A stretch of 62,811 bases of DNA, filler included, from an uncultured bacterium (GTDB lineage: Bacteria > CAZDME01 > JAYEMH01), in the NCBI GenBank assembly GCA_964506785.1. It is 11 parts of 11 records of this genome, joined end to end, with 100 filler letters (N's around TTAATTAATTAA, not from the genome) between each part and the next. Parts side by side here need not be neighbours in the genome. Positions count along the whole stretch, not along the records: positions 1 to 6,594 come from CAZDME010000065.1; positions 6,695 to 13,279 come from CAZDME010000066.1; 9 more parts are not named here. The stretch is one strand, 5' to 3'. The notes beneath the pieces were generated by a model. It saw only the letters and a program-made list of their open reading frames with translations. It searched no databases and was not told the origin of the DNA. Shown piece by piece: positions 1 through 9,363 of the stretch. Each line of letters opens with the position of its first letter. Position 1 is the first letter of the stretch. Both the position numbers and the translations under genes were made by a program.

Positions 1-772
1 CTAACTCAACGATAGAAAGCTCTAAAGGGTTGCCTATATTTACCGGCCCGTTCAAATTAGAAAATAATAAAGCGAGAATCCCTTCGAGCATATCGCTGAT
101 ATAACAAAAACTGCGCGTCTGTTTTCCCTCGCCGTAAACAGTTAAATCTTTATCCCTTAAGGCCTGGCTGATAAACTTGGGGACTGCCCGCCCGTCATCC
201 TTCCTCATTCTCGGCCCATAGGTATTGAAAATACGGACAATCTTAGTATTCAGTTTATGTGTTCGATGATACGCCATGGTGAGCGACTCAGCAAACCTTT
301 TAGCCTCGTCATAAACACCCCGGGGCCCGATGGGATTAACGTTACCCCAATAACTTTCTTTCTGCGGATGAACGGCCGGATCTCCGTAGACTTCAGAGGT
401 TGAAGCCAATAAGAAAACTGCTCTTTTAGCTTTAGCCAGCCCTAAGGCATTATGCGTCCCTAATGACCCAACCTTCAAGGTTTGAATGGGAAAATTAAGA
501 TAATCTACCGGGCTGGCCGGAGAGGCGAAATGCAGGACATAATGCAGATTTTCATCTATTTCAATAAATTTACTGACATCATGCAAGACAAATTTAAAAC
601 TCGGATTAGGTAAAAGATGATTGATATTATCTTTGTTCCCGGTAATCAGATTATCCATGCAGATTACCTTGAATCCTCTATTCAGCAAACCTTCGCAAAG
701 ATAAGAACCAATGAATCCCGCTCCTCCAGTGATTAATGCCGCTCGAAAATCACCCTTTAAGGTCGTCTCCAA
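1..772 (-). CDS. UDP-glucuronate decarboxylase-like NAD-dependent epimerase/dehydratase (3' end outside window)
   Basis: Manual translation: TTG start after [63 protein letters not shown] motifs. Confidence 0.85.
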   Translation of the reverse strand, partial: METTLKGDFRAALITGGAGFIGSYLCEGLLNRGFKVICMDNLITGNKDNINHLLPNPSFKFVLHDVSKFIEIDENLHYVLHFASPASPVDYLNFPIQTLKVGSLGTHNALGLAKAKRAVFLLASTSEVYGDPAVHPQKESYWGNVNPIGPRGVYDEAKRFAESLTMAYHRTHKLNTKIVRIFNTYGPRMRKDDGRAVPKFISQALRDKDLTVYGEGKQTRSFCYISDMLEGILALLFSNLNGPVNIGNPLELSIVEL

Positions 773-783
773 AATTACCTCCT

Positions 784-839
784 TTTATCCTCTGTCTTCT
801 ATCTTCTGTTTTCTGTCTTCTGTTTTCTGTCCTCTGTCT
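784..839 (-). repeat. Degenerate 7-bp tandem repeat (RRAYAGA x7-8) forming the gmhB C-terminal tail
   Basis: Minus strand AGACAGA GGACAGA AAACAGA AGACAGA AAACAGA AGATAGA AGACAGA GGATAAA. Confidence 0.85.
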
Positions 840-1387
840 ACTGCCTGCTTTTTCGTTCTAGGTTTGATAATTAAAGAAACTGCCTCTTTTAAGCTATCAG
901 CCGTAAATCTTGGCTTAATTTTTTTGAGTTCTTCTTGGGTGAATTCTTTGTCCATAACTAAAATCGTCTGGCAGCCGATTTTTCTCCCCGCTTCAATATC
1001 CCGGGCTGCATTGCCCACTAAGAAAGACTGCTTGCAATTAATCTTAAATTTTTTAATCGCCTGCTTGAACAGCAAAGTCTTAGGTTTGCGGCACTGGCAA
1101 TTATCTGCAGTTTGATGCGGGCAGACATACACTGAAAGAATTTCCCCGCCCGCCTCCTCAACTTCCCCGCGCATACGGCGGTTAATCTCTTCCACCGTAA
1201 TTTTTGAAACCAACCCTTTAGCAATCCCGGCTTGATTGGTAACAACAATAATTCCATATTTGGCGTCATTTAAAGACTTAATAGCCTCTTTGCTTCCCGG
1301 AAGGAATGAAAATTCCTCCCAGCTTTTTACATAATCCGGTTTATCTTCATTAATCACTCCGTCTCGGTCTAAAAAGACTATTTTCAT
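785..1387 (-). CDS. gmhB: D-glycero-D-manno-heptose 1,7-bisphosphate phosphatase (HAD)
   Basis: FLDRDGVIN, VTNQAG, CPH...CQCRKP motifs. Confidence 0.88.
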   Translation of the reverse strand: MKIVFLDRDGVINEDKPDYVKSWEEFSFLPGSKEAIKSLNDAKYGIIVVTNQAGIAKGLVSKITVEEINRRMRGEVEEAGGEILSVYVCPHQTADNCQCRKPKTLLFKQAIKKFKINCKQSFLVGNAARDIEAGRKIGCQTILVMDKEFTQEELKKIKPRFTADSLKEAVSLIIKPRTKKQAVDRGQKTEDRKQKIEDRG

Positions 1388-1444
1388 AATCCTCTCCTTA
1401 TCGAAGGTTTTTAAGAAAAGAACATTTTCTTAATCTAGATTCTC

Positions 1445-2392
1445 TTAAAGGATTTTCTCAAAAAAATCTAATGTTCTTTTCAATCCTTCTTTAAATTTAA
1501 TTTTTGCCTGGTAATTCATAAGGCTCTTAGCCTTAGTCATATCCGCCCAGGTTTTTCTCACATCCCCCAGGCGGGCTTGAGTAAACCCTGGCTTTATTTC
1601 TTTACCCATTATCTGGTTGAGGTTTTCAACGATATCTAAGACCGAAAAGGAAGCGCCGCCGGCAATATTAAAGGCCTCACCGGCTATATTAGGCTGGCGG
1701 CAAGCCAGGAGATTGGCTTCAACCACATTATCGATATAGCTAAAATCGCGCGATTGTTTGCCGTCACCATGAACCTGCGGGGGCTGGTCCTTCAGCATTC
1801 TCATGATAAAAATGGGAATAACTGCCGCATACTGAGAAGCCGGGTCCTGCCTCGGCCCGAAAACATTGAAATACCGCAGGCTCACTGTTTCCAATCCATA
1901 AATTTTACTAAAAACCCGGCAGTAGGTTTCGCCGGCTAATTTTGTCGCCGCATAGGGAGAAATAACCTTTAGCTCCTGACTTTCTTTCTGTGGAAATTCG
2001 TTTGTATCGCCATACACAGAACTGGAAGAAGCAAAGACTACTCTTTTGACTTTGGCTTCCCGGGCAGATAGTAAAAGATTAAGTGTTCCCCCCACATTCA
2101 CCTGGTCATAAGATAGGGGCTCTTCGACCGATTTAGGCACCGAACGCAAAGCCGCCTGATGGGAAATATAATCCACCCCGTTCATCGCCTTAGCCAGTAA
2201 TCCCGCATTCCTGATATCTCCTTCAATCAATTCGATTTTATCTAAAAATGGGGCTAAGTTTTCTCTTTTGCCGGTAAAGAAATTATCCAGCACTTTAACC
2301 ACGTTTCCCTCTTTAACCAACCTTTCGGCAATATGAGAGCCGATAAAACCGGCCCCGCCGGTAACTAAATAAGTCGACATTTTATCCTCCAT
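1445..2392 (-). CDS. UDP-glucose/GlcNAc 4-epimerase family SDR (WbpP-like)
   Basis: [32 protein letters not shown]. Confidence 0.85.
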   Translation of the reverse strand: MEDKMSTYLVTGGAGFIGSHIAERLVKEGNVVKVLDNFFTGKRENLAPFLDKIELIEGDIRNAGLLAKAMNGVDYISHQAALRSVPKSVEEPLSYDQVNVGGTLNLLLSAREAKVKRVVFASSSSVYGDTNEFPQKESQELKVISPYAATKLAGETYCRVFSKIYGLETVSLRYFNVFGPRQDPASQYAAVIPIFIMRMLKDQPPQVHGDGKQSRDFSYIDNVVEANLLACRQPNIAGEAFNIAGGASFSVLDIVENLNQIMGKEIKPGFTQARLGDVRKTWADMTKAKSLMNYQAKIKFKEGLKRTLDFFEKIL

Positions 2393-2398
2393 ATATTA

Positions 2399-2490
2399 AG
2401 AGTGTCAGAGTATCAGAGTTTCAAAGTATCACAGTTGCTTTGACACGAGCTCACGAAGTGAGCGATGACACTTTGACACTTTGACACTTT
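2399..2490. repeat. Two inverted arms of degenerate 8-bp tandem repeats with an embedded GCTCAC-GAA-GTGAGC hairpin and no gene between the arms
   Basis: AGAGTGTC AGAGTATC AGAGTTTC AAAGTATC then CTTTGACAC-[GAGCTCACGAAGTGAGCGA]-TGACAC TTTGACAC TTTGACAC TTT. Confidence 0.9.
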
Positions 2491-2495
2491 AGCAT

Positions 2496-3809
2496 TCAGA
2501 GTCTCACAACTTTTCCCTTTTTATCTATTATTTTTCTGGTAACACCTCTGGTATCAAAAATTAATTTTGCTTCTTTAACTATCCAGGAGTAATTCAGATT
2601 GCTATGGTCAGTGACAATTGTCACTAAATCGACTTTGTGAAGCAGGGCTCTATTCAGAACCGAAGACTTAAAAACTTTCCCGTTTATAGAAATTCTAGAC
2701 ACATATGAGTCGTGATAAAAAACCCGGGCTTTTCTCTTGGCGAGCTTTTTTATAATTTCCAGAGCTGGGGATTCCCGGGTATCATTAACGTCTCTTTTAT
2801 AACTCACCCCGATAATTAGAATCTTCGCTCCTTTTAGAGATAGGTCTTTCTGATTGAGGATCTCGGAGATTTTCTCCACCACATAGAAAGGCATGTGACT
2901 ATTAATCTGGGTGGCTAAATCGATAAATCTGGCTTCAAAGTTATGCAGCCGGGCCTTCCAGGAAAGATAAAGCGGATCAATCGGAATACAATGTCCGCCT
3001 AAACCCGGGCCGGGATAAAAAGGGATATAGCCAAAAGGTTTAGAGGCAGCCGCTTCAATCACTTCCCAGGTATCTATCTTCATCTGATGGGACATAAGGG
3101 CCATTTCATTTACCAGGCCGATATTGACACTGCGAAAGGTATTCTCTAATAGCTTAACCATCTCGGCTACCCGGGTTGAAGAAACAGGAATAACTTTCTC
3201 AACGATCTGTTTGAACAAAATCACCGCCAGACGACGGCAATTGTCTGTAACTCCACCGACCACTTTAGGCGTGTTTTTAAGGTTAAAGAATTTATTGCCC
3301 GGGTCAATCCGCTCCGGAGAAAAAGCCAGGAAGAAATCTTTGCCCGCTTTAAAATCACCCGAGGCCAGAAGAGGCAGGATAACTTCTTCTGTTGTTCCCG
3401 GATAAGTGGTGCTTTCCAGTATAACCAGCTGTCCTTTTTTTAAGTATTGTTTTACCTTCCGCGCGGCTTGAATAATATAGGATATATCCGGGTCTTTAGT
3501 TTTCCTCAAAGGCGTCGGCACACAAATATGTATCGCCTCAACCTGCCTTAAGGCTTCATATTCCGTAGTTACTTTGAATTTTTTCTTAATTACAGATTTA
3601 AGCTCCCTATCTTTGACGTCTAAAACATAAGATTTACCCTGTCTGATACTCTCTATTTTATCCTTGTCTCTATCAATCCCGTAAACTTGAAAGCCCCGGC
3701 GGGCAAAGGCAACAGCCAGAGGCAAACCAACATAGCCTAAGCCGATTACTGCCAATCGGGCTTTTTTATTTTCAATCCTCTCTTCAAAAAACTGGCGCTC
3801 CTTAACCAC
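2496..3809 (-). CDS. UDP-N-acetyl-D-glucosamine 6-dehydrogenase family (WbpA/WbpO-like)
   Basis: GLGYVGLPLA, CVPTP, ESTTYPGTT, SPERIDPG, KLLENTFR, GGHCIPIDP. Confidence 0.9.
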   Translation of the reverse strand: MVKERQFFEERIENKKARLAVIGLGYVGLPLAVAFARRGFQVYGIDRDKDKIESIRQGKSYVLDVKDRELKSVIKKKFKVTTEYEALRQVEAIHICVPTPLRKTKDPDISYIIQAARKVKQYLKKGQLVILESTTYPGTTEEVILPLLASGDFKAGKDFFLAFSPERIDPGNKFFNLKNTPKVVGGVTDNCRRLAVILFKQIVEKVIPVSSTRVAEMVKLLENTFRSVNIGLVNEMALMSHQMKIDTWEVIEAAASKPFGYIPFYPGPGLGGHCIPIDPLYLSWKARLHNFEARFIDLATQINSHMPFYVVEKISEILNQKDLSLKGAKILIIGVSYKRDVNDTRESPALEIIKKLAKRKARVFYHDSYVSRISINGKVFKSSVLNRALLHKVDLVTIVTDHSNLNYSWIVKEAKLIFDTRGVTRKIIDKKGKVVRL

Positions 3810-3846
3810 CCCTTTTATTCTCCTTCCCTATCTATCGCTAAAGCGG

Positions 3847-4884
3847 TTAACTCCGGTAATTCCAGTAATCAAAAGTTTCTTCTTCCGTGATTCCTGCTTT
3901 TTTTTCTATCTTCCCTTTAATTCTTCTCCACCAGCTTTCATGTTTTACATACCATTCGATTGTTTCTTTCAACCCTCTATCAAAGTCGGTAGTGGCCCGC
4001 CAGCCGAGCAAAACCTTGGCCTTAGCGGTAGAAGAAATATGCCTTTGAACATGGGCCGGGCGGTCGCTTATATGCTTAATTAAACTTTCAGGCTTTTTAA
4101 AATAGTCCAAAATAGACCTGGCAATAGACATAACATCCCTTTCCTTGCCGCTGCCCAGATTAATTGCTTCACCTTTCAATTTCTTTAAATCCGTATGCAA
4201 AACCTTATCTAAAGCTTTGCAGTGGTCTTCGACATAAATCCAATCACGAGTAAATTTACCCTGGCCGTAAACCGGCAGTGGTTTATCTTCTAAAGCATTG
4301 GTGATAAATAAAGGAATGAGCTTCTCCGGATATTGATACGGCCCATAGTTGTTAAAAGGGCGGACTATAATTACCGGTAAATCGTAGGTAAGGCCATAGG
4401 CATAGACTAAACGGTCCGCTCCGGCTTTAGCCGCCGCATAGGGGCTTTGTGGATTTATTGGATGTTCTTCGGTCATGGGAATTTGTACGGCTTTCCCGTA
4501 TACCTCGCTGGTAGAAATATGGATAAATCTCTCTACCGGGAATTTACGCGCCGCTTCAAGAAGAACCCCTGTCCCCAGAATATCAGTATTAATAAAAGGC
4601 TGGCCGTTATTAATGGACCGGTCAACATGGGTCTCCGCGGCAAAATGAATTACCGCCTCTACGTTACGCATCAAATTTTCTACCGTAACTTGATCCCGAA
4701 TATTGCCATGCCAGAAAATAAAATTTGGATTATCCCGGATATCTTTGGAGAAATTTTCTAAATTGCCGCAGTAAGTAAGCGCATCAAGCACAATTAGCTG
4801 ATGATCTGGATAATGATTCAAGAGATAACGGCTGAAATTACTGCCGATAAATCCGGCTCCGCCGGTAATCAGAATTTTTTTCAT
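3847..4884 (-). CDS. rfbB: dTDP-glucose 4,6-dehydratase
   Basis: Start reassigned to ATG 4884 ([17 protein letters not shown]); HFAAETHVDRS, NNYGPYQYPEKLIP. Confidence 0.85.
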   Translation of the reverse strand: MKKILITGGAGFIGSNFSRYLLNHYPDHQLIVLDALTYCGNLENFSKDIRDNPNFIFWHGNIRDQVTVENLMRNVEAVIHFAAETHVDRSINNGQPFINTDILGTGVLLEAARKFPVERFIHISTSEVYGKAVQIPMTEEHPINPQSPYAAAKAGADRLVYAYGLTYDLPVIIVRPFNNYGPYQYPEKLIPLFITNALEDKPLPVYGQGKFTRDWIYVEDHCKALDKVLHTDLKKLKGEAINLGSGKERDVMSIARSILDYFKKPESLIKHISDRPAHVQRHISSTAKAKVLLGWRATTDFDRGLKETIEWYVKHESWWRRIKGKIEKKAGITEEETFDYWNYRS

Positions 4885-5127
4885 TTTTCTCTCCCTGACA
4901 CAATTATATGGTTTTTCAGCTTGACTATAAGCTGTAAGCAATCGGCTTCCAGGGGCAAACAATCCCCCCTTTCCGTCGAAGCCGATTTTCGCTTCTGGCG
5001 ATTAGAAAAAACCTTATCCCTTTCTAAACAAACACTTCCCTAAAGAAAAGAAACGGAAACACCCTGATTAAACATAAAAACTCAGCAGCATTTCCCGAAA
5101 CGACAGGATAATCCTATGGCCAAATCG

Positions 5128-6423
5128 CTAACGCGGCCTGCCGATACTATCGTATTTAAACCCGAGATCTTTTATCTTTTGCCCGCTATAGATATTGCGG
5201 CCGTCGATAATAACCGGCACCTTCATCAAACGCTTGATTTTTTCTAAATTTAATTCCCTGAATTCGTTCCATTCGGTTAAAATAATTAAAACCTCAGCGC
5301 CGCTGGCCGCTTCATAGGCATCCTGGCAAAACTTTATCTGCGGAAGAACCCTGGCCGCCTTCTCCATGGCTGCCGGGTCAAAAGCCCTTATCTTCGCTCC
5401 TTCTTTTTCTAACGCCCCGATAATATCTATCGCAGGAGCCGACCTCATATCATCGGTATCAGGCTTAAAAGAAAGGCCCAATATACCGATTGTCTTTCCG
5501 TTTATATTCCACAAAGCCTTTTTCACTTTAGCTATGACCAGTTTTCTCTGCTCTTTATTTATCGCTTTAACCGCCCTTAGCAATTCAAACTGATATCCAT
5601 TCTTCTCGGCAATATGGATAAAAGCGTCTACATCTTTCGGGAAACAAGAACCGCCGTAGCCAATACCGGCCCGCAGGAAAGTTTTACCAATTCGCTTATC
5701 TAAGCCCATCCCTTCGGCTACTTTTACCACATCAGCCCCTACTTTTTCGCAAATATTAGAAATTGCGTTGATAAAAGAAATCTTTGTCGCTAAGAACGAA
5801 TTTGATGCATGTTTAATAATCTCGGCGCTTTTGATATCGGTAAAAACTATCGGGGCCTTCAAAGGTTTATAGAGTTCGGCCATAATCGTTCGGGCTTTTC
5901 CACTTTCCGTACCAATAACTATTCTATCAGGGTTCATAAAGTCATTGATAGCTGAACCTTCCCGCAGGAATTCCGGGTTTGAAATAACATCAAAATTTGC
6001 TTTCTTGGAATTATAGGTTTTTATGGTTTGCTCAACCCACTGTCCTGTTTCTACCGGAACAGTGCTTTTTTCCACAATCACCTTATAACCATCTAATTCT
6101 TCGGCAATTTCCCGGGAGACAGCTTCGACAAAAGAAAGGTCCGCCTCCCCGCTTTCTTTGGAAGGAGTACCTACGGCAATAAAGATAATCTTTGATTTTT
6201 TTACCCCTTCTTTTAAATTATTGCTAAAACTCAACCGTTTTTTGGCAACATTTCTTTGTACTAATTCTTCCAATCCCGGCTCATAAAAAGGGATTTTCCC
6301 TTCCTTTAATATTCCGACTTTTTCCTTATCGTTATCGACGCAGATAACATTATTGCCTAAATCGGCAAAGCAGGCACCGGTGACTAAACCAACATATCCG
6401 CTTCCAATGATACAAATATCCAT
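5128..6423 (-). CDS. ugd: UDP-glucose 6-dehydrogenase
   Basis: GSGYVGLV, AVGTP, KSTVP, NPEFLREG, GYGGSCFPKD. Confidence 0.92.
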   Translation of the reverse strand: MDICIIGSGYVGLVTGACFADLGNNVICVDNDKEKVGILKEGKIPFYEPGLEELVQRNVAKKRLSFSNNLKEGVKKSKIIFIAVGTPSKESGEADLSFVEAVSREIAEELDGYKVIVEKSTVPVETGQWVEQTIKTYNSKKANFDVISNPEFLREGSAINDFMNPDRIVIGTESGKARTIMAELYKPLKAPIVFTDIKSAEIIKHASNSFLATKISFINAISNICEKVGADVVKVAEGMGLDKRIGKTFLRAGIGYGGSCFPKDVDAFIHIAEKNGYQFELLRAVKAINKEQRKLVIAKVKKALWNINGKTIGILGLSFKPDTDDMRSAPAIDIIGALEKEGAKIRAFDPAAMEKAARVLPQIKFCQDAYEAASGAEVLIILTEWNEFRELNLEKIKRLMKVPVIIDGRNIYSGQKIKDLGFKYDSIGRPR

Positions 6424-6505
6424 TTTCTCTTCTTTTTATGTATCGCTGTTGCCTCATCTGGTCAGCCACAGCCTATTTCCTCTAAAAAGCTCTCTTGGAC
6501 AAAAT

Positions 6506-6533
6506 CTAACAGCCAAGAGCTATAAGCTGACAG
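6506..6533. repeat. Degenerate 7-bp tandem repeat (4 units) upstream of ugd
   Basis: CTAACAG CCAAGAG CTATAAG CTGACAG. Confidence 0.6.
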
Positions 6534-6594
6534 CGGCAAACATCCGTGTTTTTAGGTATTGTCCCCGGCTACGGCATGGGAAAAGGAGAGAGGC

Positions 6595-6694
6595 NNNNNN
6601 NNNNNNNNNNNNNNNNNNNNNNNNNNNNNNNNNNNNNNTTAATTAATTAANNNNNNNNNNNNNNNNNNNNNNNNNNNNNNNNNNNNNNNNNNNN
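6595..6694. other. Artificial contig linker
   Basis: N-run, TTAATTAATTAA, N-run; 100 bp. Confidence 0.98.
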
Positions 6695-7093
6695 AATAAT
6701 GATATGTTCTTTAAAATATATTCTTTTAAACAAATTTCTAAAATTTTGATAGGCAGGGACAACTAAAGGGATAAGGTCGTTTATGATAACTACCAATTTC
6801 GCCGGACAAAGAAGAGGGGCTTTAAAATAAGGCGTCAGAAATACATCTACTTTCTCTCTCTTTAAATAATTGGCGAGCTGAAATTGGTCCCAAAATAAAG
6901 TGAAGTATTCAGGTATCTTAACCTTCTTTAAATTATTACTTTCAAGAGGCATCTCTGAATGTTGATTGTGAAAGATAATATATTTATTCTCGGATCTTGT
7001 AGAGGCAACCTCCCTTAAAAAACTGTAAAGGTAGCGGCTTATTCCAGTCATCTTCCCTTTTTTAAACTCTCTGCCATCTACGCCAATTCTCAT
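6695..7093 (-). CDS. Glycosyltransferase family 4, N-terminal part (truncated by contig end)
   Basis: MRIGVDGR...TGISRY, VVIINDLIP: GT4 N-terminal signature. Confidence 0.8.
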
Positions 7094-7095
7094 TT

Positions 7096-7806
7096 TTATC
7101 TCTTTTTAAATTTTAAACTTACAACTTTCCCGATATAAATCAAACCATTTCTAAGGGAAATAATTAATCCGGAGGCTATCTTTGATTTGCCTATCCGGCG
7201 GGATTGACATCTATACGGAAACTCCTTTATTTTAAAACCCCTTTTTTCTGCCTGGTATAAAAAACCAATACAATACTCTCCGGAGATTCCCGATATCTCA
7301 ATTTTTTCTAAAATCTCCTTTTTAACCGCTAAAAAACCACTGGTTAAATCGCTTACTTCTGTTTTTAACAAAAACTTAGCCAAATAATTAATGAATTTAC
7401 TTGAAAAGACTCTACTTACCGAAGTCCTGGCATCCTGGCCGCCGGCGACATAACGCGAGCCAACTACGATATCATAGCCATTTATTTCTTTAATCATTAA
7501 TGGTAAAACCTCTGGGGGCATGGAAAAATCAGTATCCATCCAGGCGATAATATCTCCTTTGGCTTTAGAGATACCAGCCTTTATAGCCGTTGCCAAAGAT
7601 CTTTTATTGAACCTTCGAAAAAGTTTAACGTTTTTATTTTTCTCTATTATCCTTTCAACCTCTCTCCAGGTACCATCAGGAGAATTATCATCAACAACTA
7701 TTATCTCTTCCAAATTTTCTAAAGAGCCCAAAATACTAAAAATGAGTCTGGTGACATTTTCCTTCTCATTATAGGTCGGTACAATTAAAGATACCTTTAG
7801 CTCCAT
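7096..7806 (-). CDS. Polyprenol-phosphate mannosyltransferase-like GT2
   Basis: IVPTYNE, VVDDNSPDGT, MDTDFS, GSRY, SDLTSGF. Confidence 0.85.
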   Translation of the reverse strand: MELKVSLIVPTYNEKENVTRLIFSILGSLENLEEIIVVDDNSPDGTWREVERIIEKNKNVKLFRRFNKRSLATAIKAGISKAKGDIIAWMDTDFSMPPEVLPLMIKEINGYDIVVGSRYVAGGQDARTSVSRVFSSKFINYLAKFLLKTEVSDLTSGFLAVKKEILEKIEISGISGEYCIGFLYQAEKRGFKIKEFPYRCQSRRIGKSKIASGLIISLRNGLIYIGKVVSLKFKKR

Positions 7807-7811
7807 TTAAT

Positions 7812-8921
7812 CTATTTGATTAAGCTCTGTCTTACCGCTTTAGATACTTTAATTATCTGTTCTTCTCTAATCGCCAAGCCTGAAGGCAGATAAAGCCCGT
7901 AATTCGATATATCCTCTGTTATCGGATAGCTTTCTTCCTTAAATAAATCCATCTTTTTAAATACCGGCTGCTCATGCATTCCCAGAAAAAAAGGCCTTGT
8001 TTCAATCCCTCGATGATAAAGGCGCCGGGAGAATTCTCCGGCCGATAAACCTAACTTTTTGTCAAGCACTATTCCATACATCCAGAATATACTCTTTGCC
8101 CATTTTCTTTCAACCGGCAAATGAACCTGAGTTAAATCCTTGAGTAACCCATAGTATCTTTTAGCGTTGTTTCGCTTAATCTTTATAAAATTCTCTATTT
8201 TTTCAAGCTGGGCTAAACCGACAGCTGCCTGTAAATTTGACATTCTGTAGTTATAGCCAAGTTCCTTATGATAAAACCTTCTTTCAGGATTAAAACAAAG
8301 ATTGCGAAGGCTTTTTGCTCTTTCTGCCAGGGTTTTATCATTGGTTAAAATCATCCCGCCTTCTCCAGTAGTAACAACCTTATTTGCATAAAAACTAAAT
8401 ATTGAGATATCCCCGAAAGAACCGCATTTTTCCCCTTTATATTCCGCCCCGTGGGCTTCAGCCGCATCTTCAATTACAAAGAGTCTATATTTTTTTGATA
8501 TATTGAGGATAGAATCCATATCAACCGGATGGCCATAAATGTGAACGGGCATTATGGCTTTTGTTTTTTTTGTAATTTTTGCCTCAATTTGGGAGACATC
8601 CATATTCCAACTATCCTTTTCGGCATCAACCAATACAGGAATAGCTCCCAGCCTAATAACCGCTAAGGCACAGGATATTATGGTAAAGGCAGGCAAAATT
8701 ACTTCATCCCCCGGTTTTAAACCTAAAGCCTTTAGGGCTAACTCAAGGGCAGCTGTTCCATTACAAACCGCCACTCCGTAATTTCTTCCAACATACCGGC
8801 TAAAATCCTTTTCAAATTTTTTTACAAACAGTCCGGCAGAAGATATTGACTTCTCATCTATACACCGGACAAGCAACTCCTTTTCCCTTTCACCTAATAT
8901 CGGTTCATTTACCGGAATCAT
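7812..8921 (-). CDS. DegT/DnrJ/EryC1/StrS aminotransferase (perosamine synthetase-like)
   Basis: NGTAAL, EDAAEAHGA, SFYANKVVTTGEGG, GYNYRMSNLQAA. Confidence 0.9.
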   Translation of the reverse strand: MIPVNEPILGEREKELLVRCIDEKSISSAGLFVKKFEKDFSRYVGRNYGVAVCNGTAALELALKALGLKPGDEVILPAFTIISCALAVIRLGAIPVLVDAEKDSWNMDVSQIEAKITKKTKAIMPVHIYGHPVDMDSILNISKKYRLFVIEDAAEAHGAEYKGEKCGSFGDISIFSFYANKVVTTGEGGMILTNDKTLAERAKSLRNLCFNPERRFYHKELGYNYRMSNLQAAVGLAQLEKIENFIKIKRNNAKRYYGLLKDLTQVHLPVERKWAKSIFWMYGIVLDKKLGLSAGEFSRRLYHRGIETRPFFLGMHEQPVFKKMDLFKEESYPITEDISNYGLYLPSGLAIREEQIIKVSKAVRQSLIK

Positions 8922-9339
8922 CTAAAGCCTCAAAATGCTGTTTGTCTTTTTCACCTCTATAAGGACCTTGTTTAACCGCTATCATTTCTGTCTCCTCCAA
9001 CATCTGAAAACCGTGGCCGCCGGAAGCCAGAAGAATTATATCTCCCGAATTCAATATCTTTTCACCTATAAATTTTCGCGCGGCGGAATACAAACTCACC
9101 CTGATTTTGCCTTTCTTCATTACCAAAACTTCCTGGGTATAAAAAATCCGGCGCAATTTCAGGTTATGGATATGCGGTTTAATAATTTCACCCTGGGGGT
9201 GATGCATAAAAGCCAGCTGTTGAGAAAAATTATTGGGAGTGAAAAAACTAACCCCTTTCCCTTTATATCCGTCCCGGATGATTATTGCAATAATGTCACC
9301 ATTACATTTCACTTCTTCAACCAAATTGGCTCTGGCCAT
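8905..9339 (-). CDS. Cupin-fold protein of sugar-modification clusters
   Basis: PHIHN...TQEVL...GGHGF...KQGPY cupin-like metal motif; overlaps the aminotransferase start. Confidence 0.65.
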   Translation of the reverse strand: MARANLVEEVKCNGDIIAIIIRDGYKGKGVSFFTPNNFSQQLAFMHHPQGEIIKPHIHNLKLRRIFYTQEVLVMKKGKIRVSLYSAARKFIGEKILNSGDIILLASGGHGFQMLEETEMIAVKQGPYRGEKDKQHFEALDDSGK

Positions 9340-9363
9340 AACCTGACGCCTCCTTATATCTAA

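Noticed and set aside
2399-2490. Possible CRISPR array or mini-array
   Set aside because: Units are 7-8 bp and contiguous, with no 25-45 bp repeats separated by unique spacers and no cas genes.
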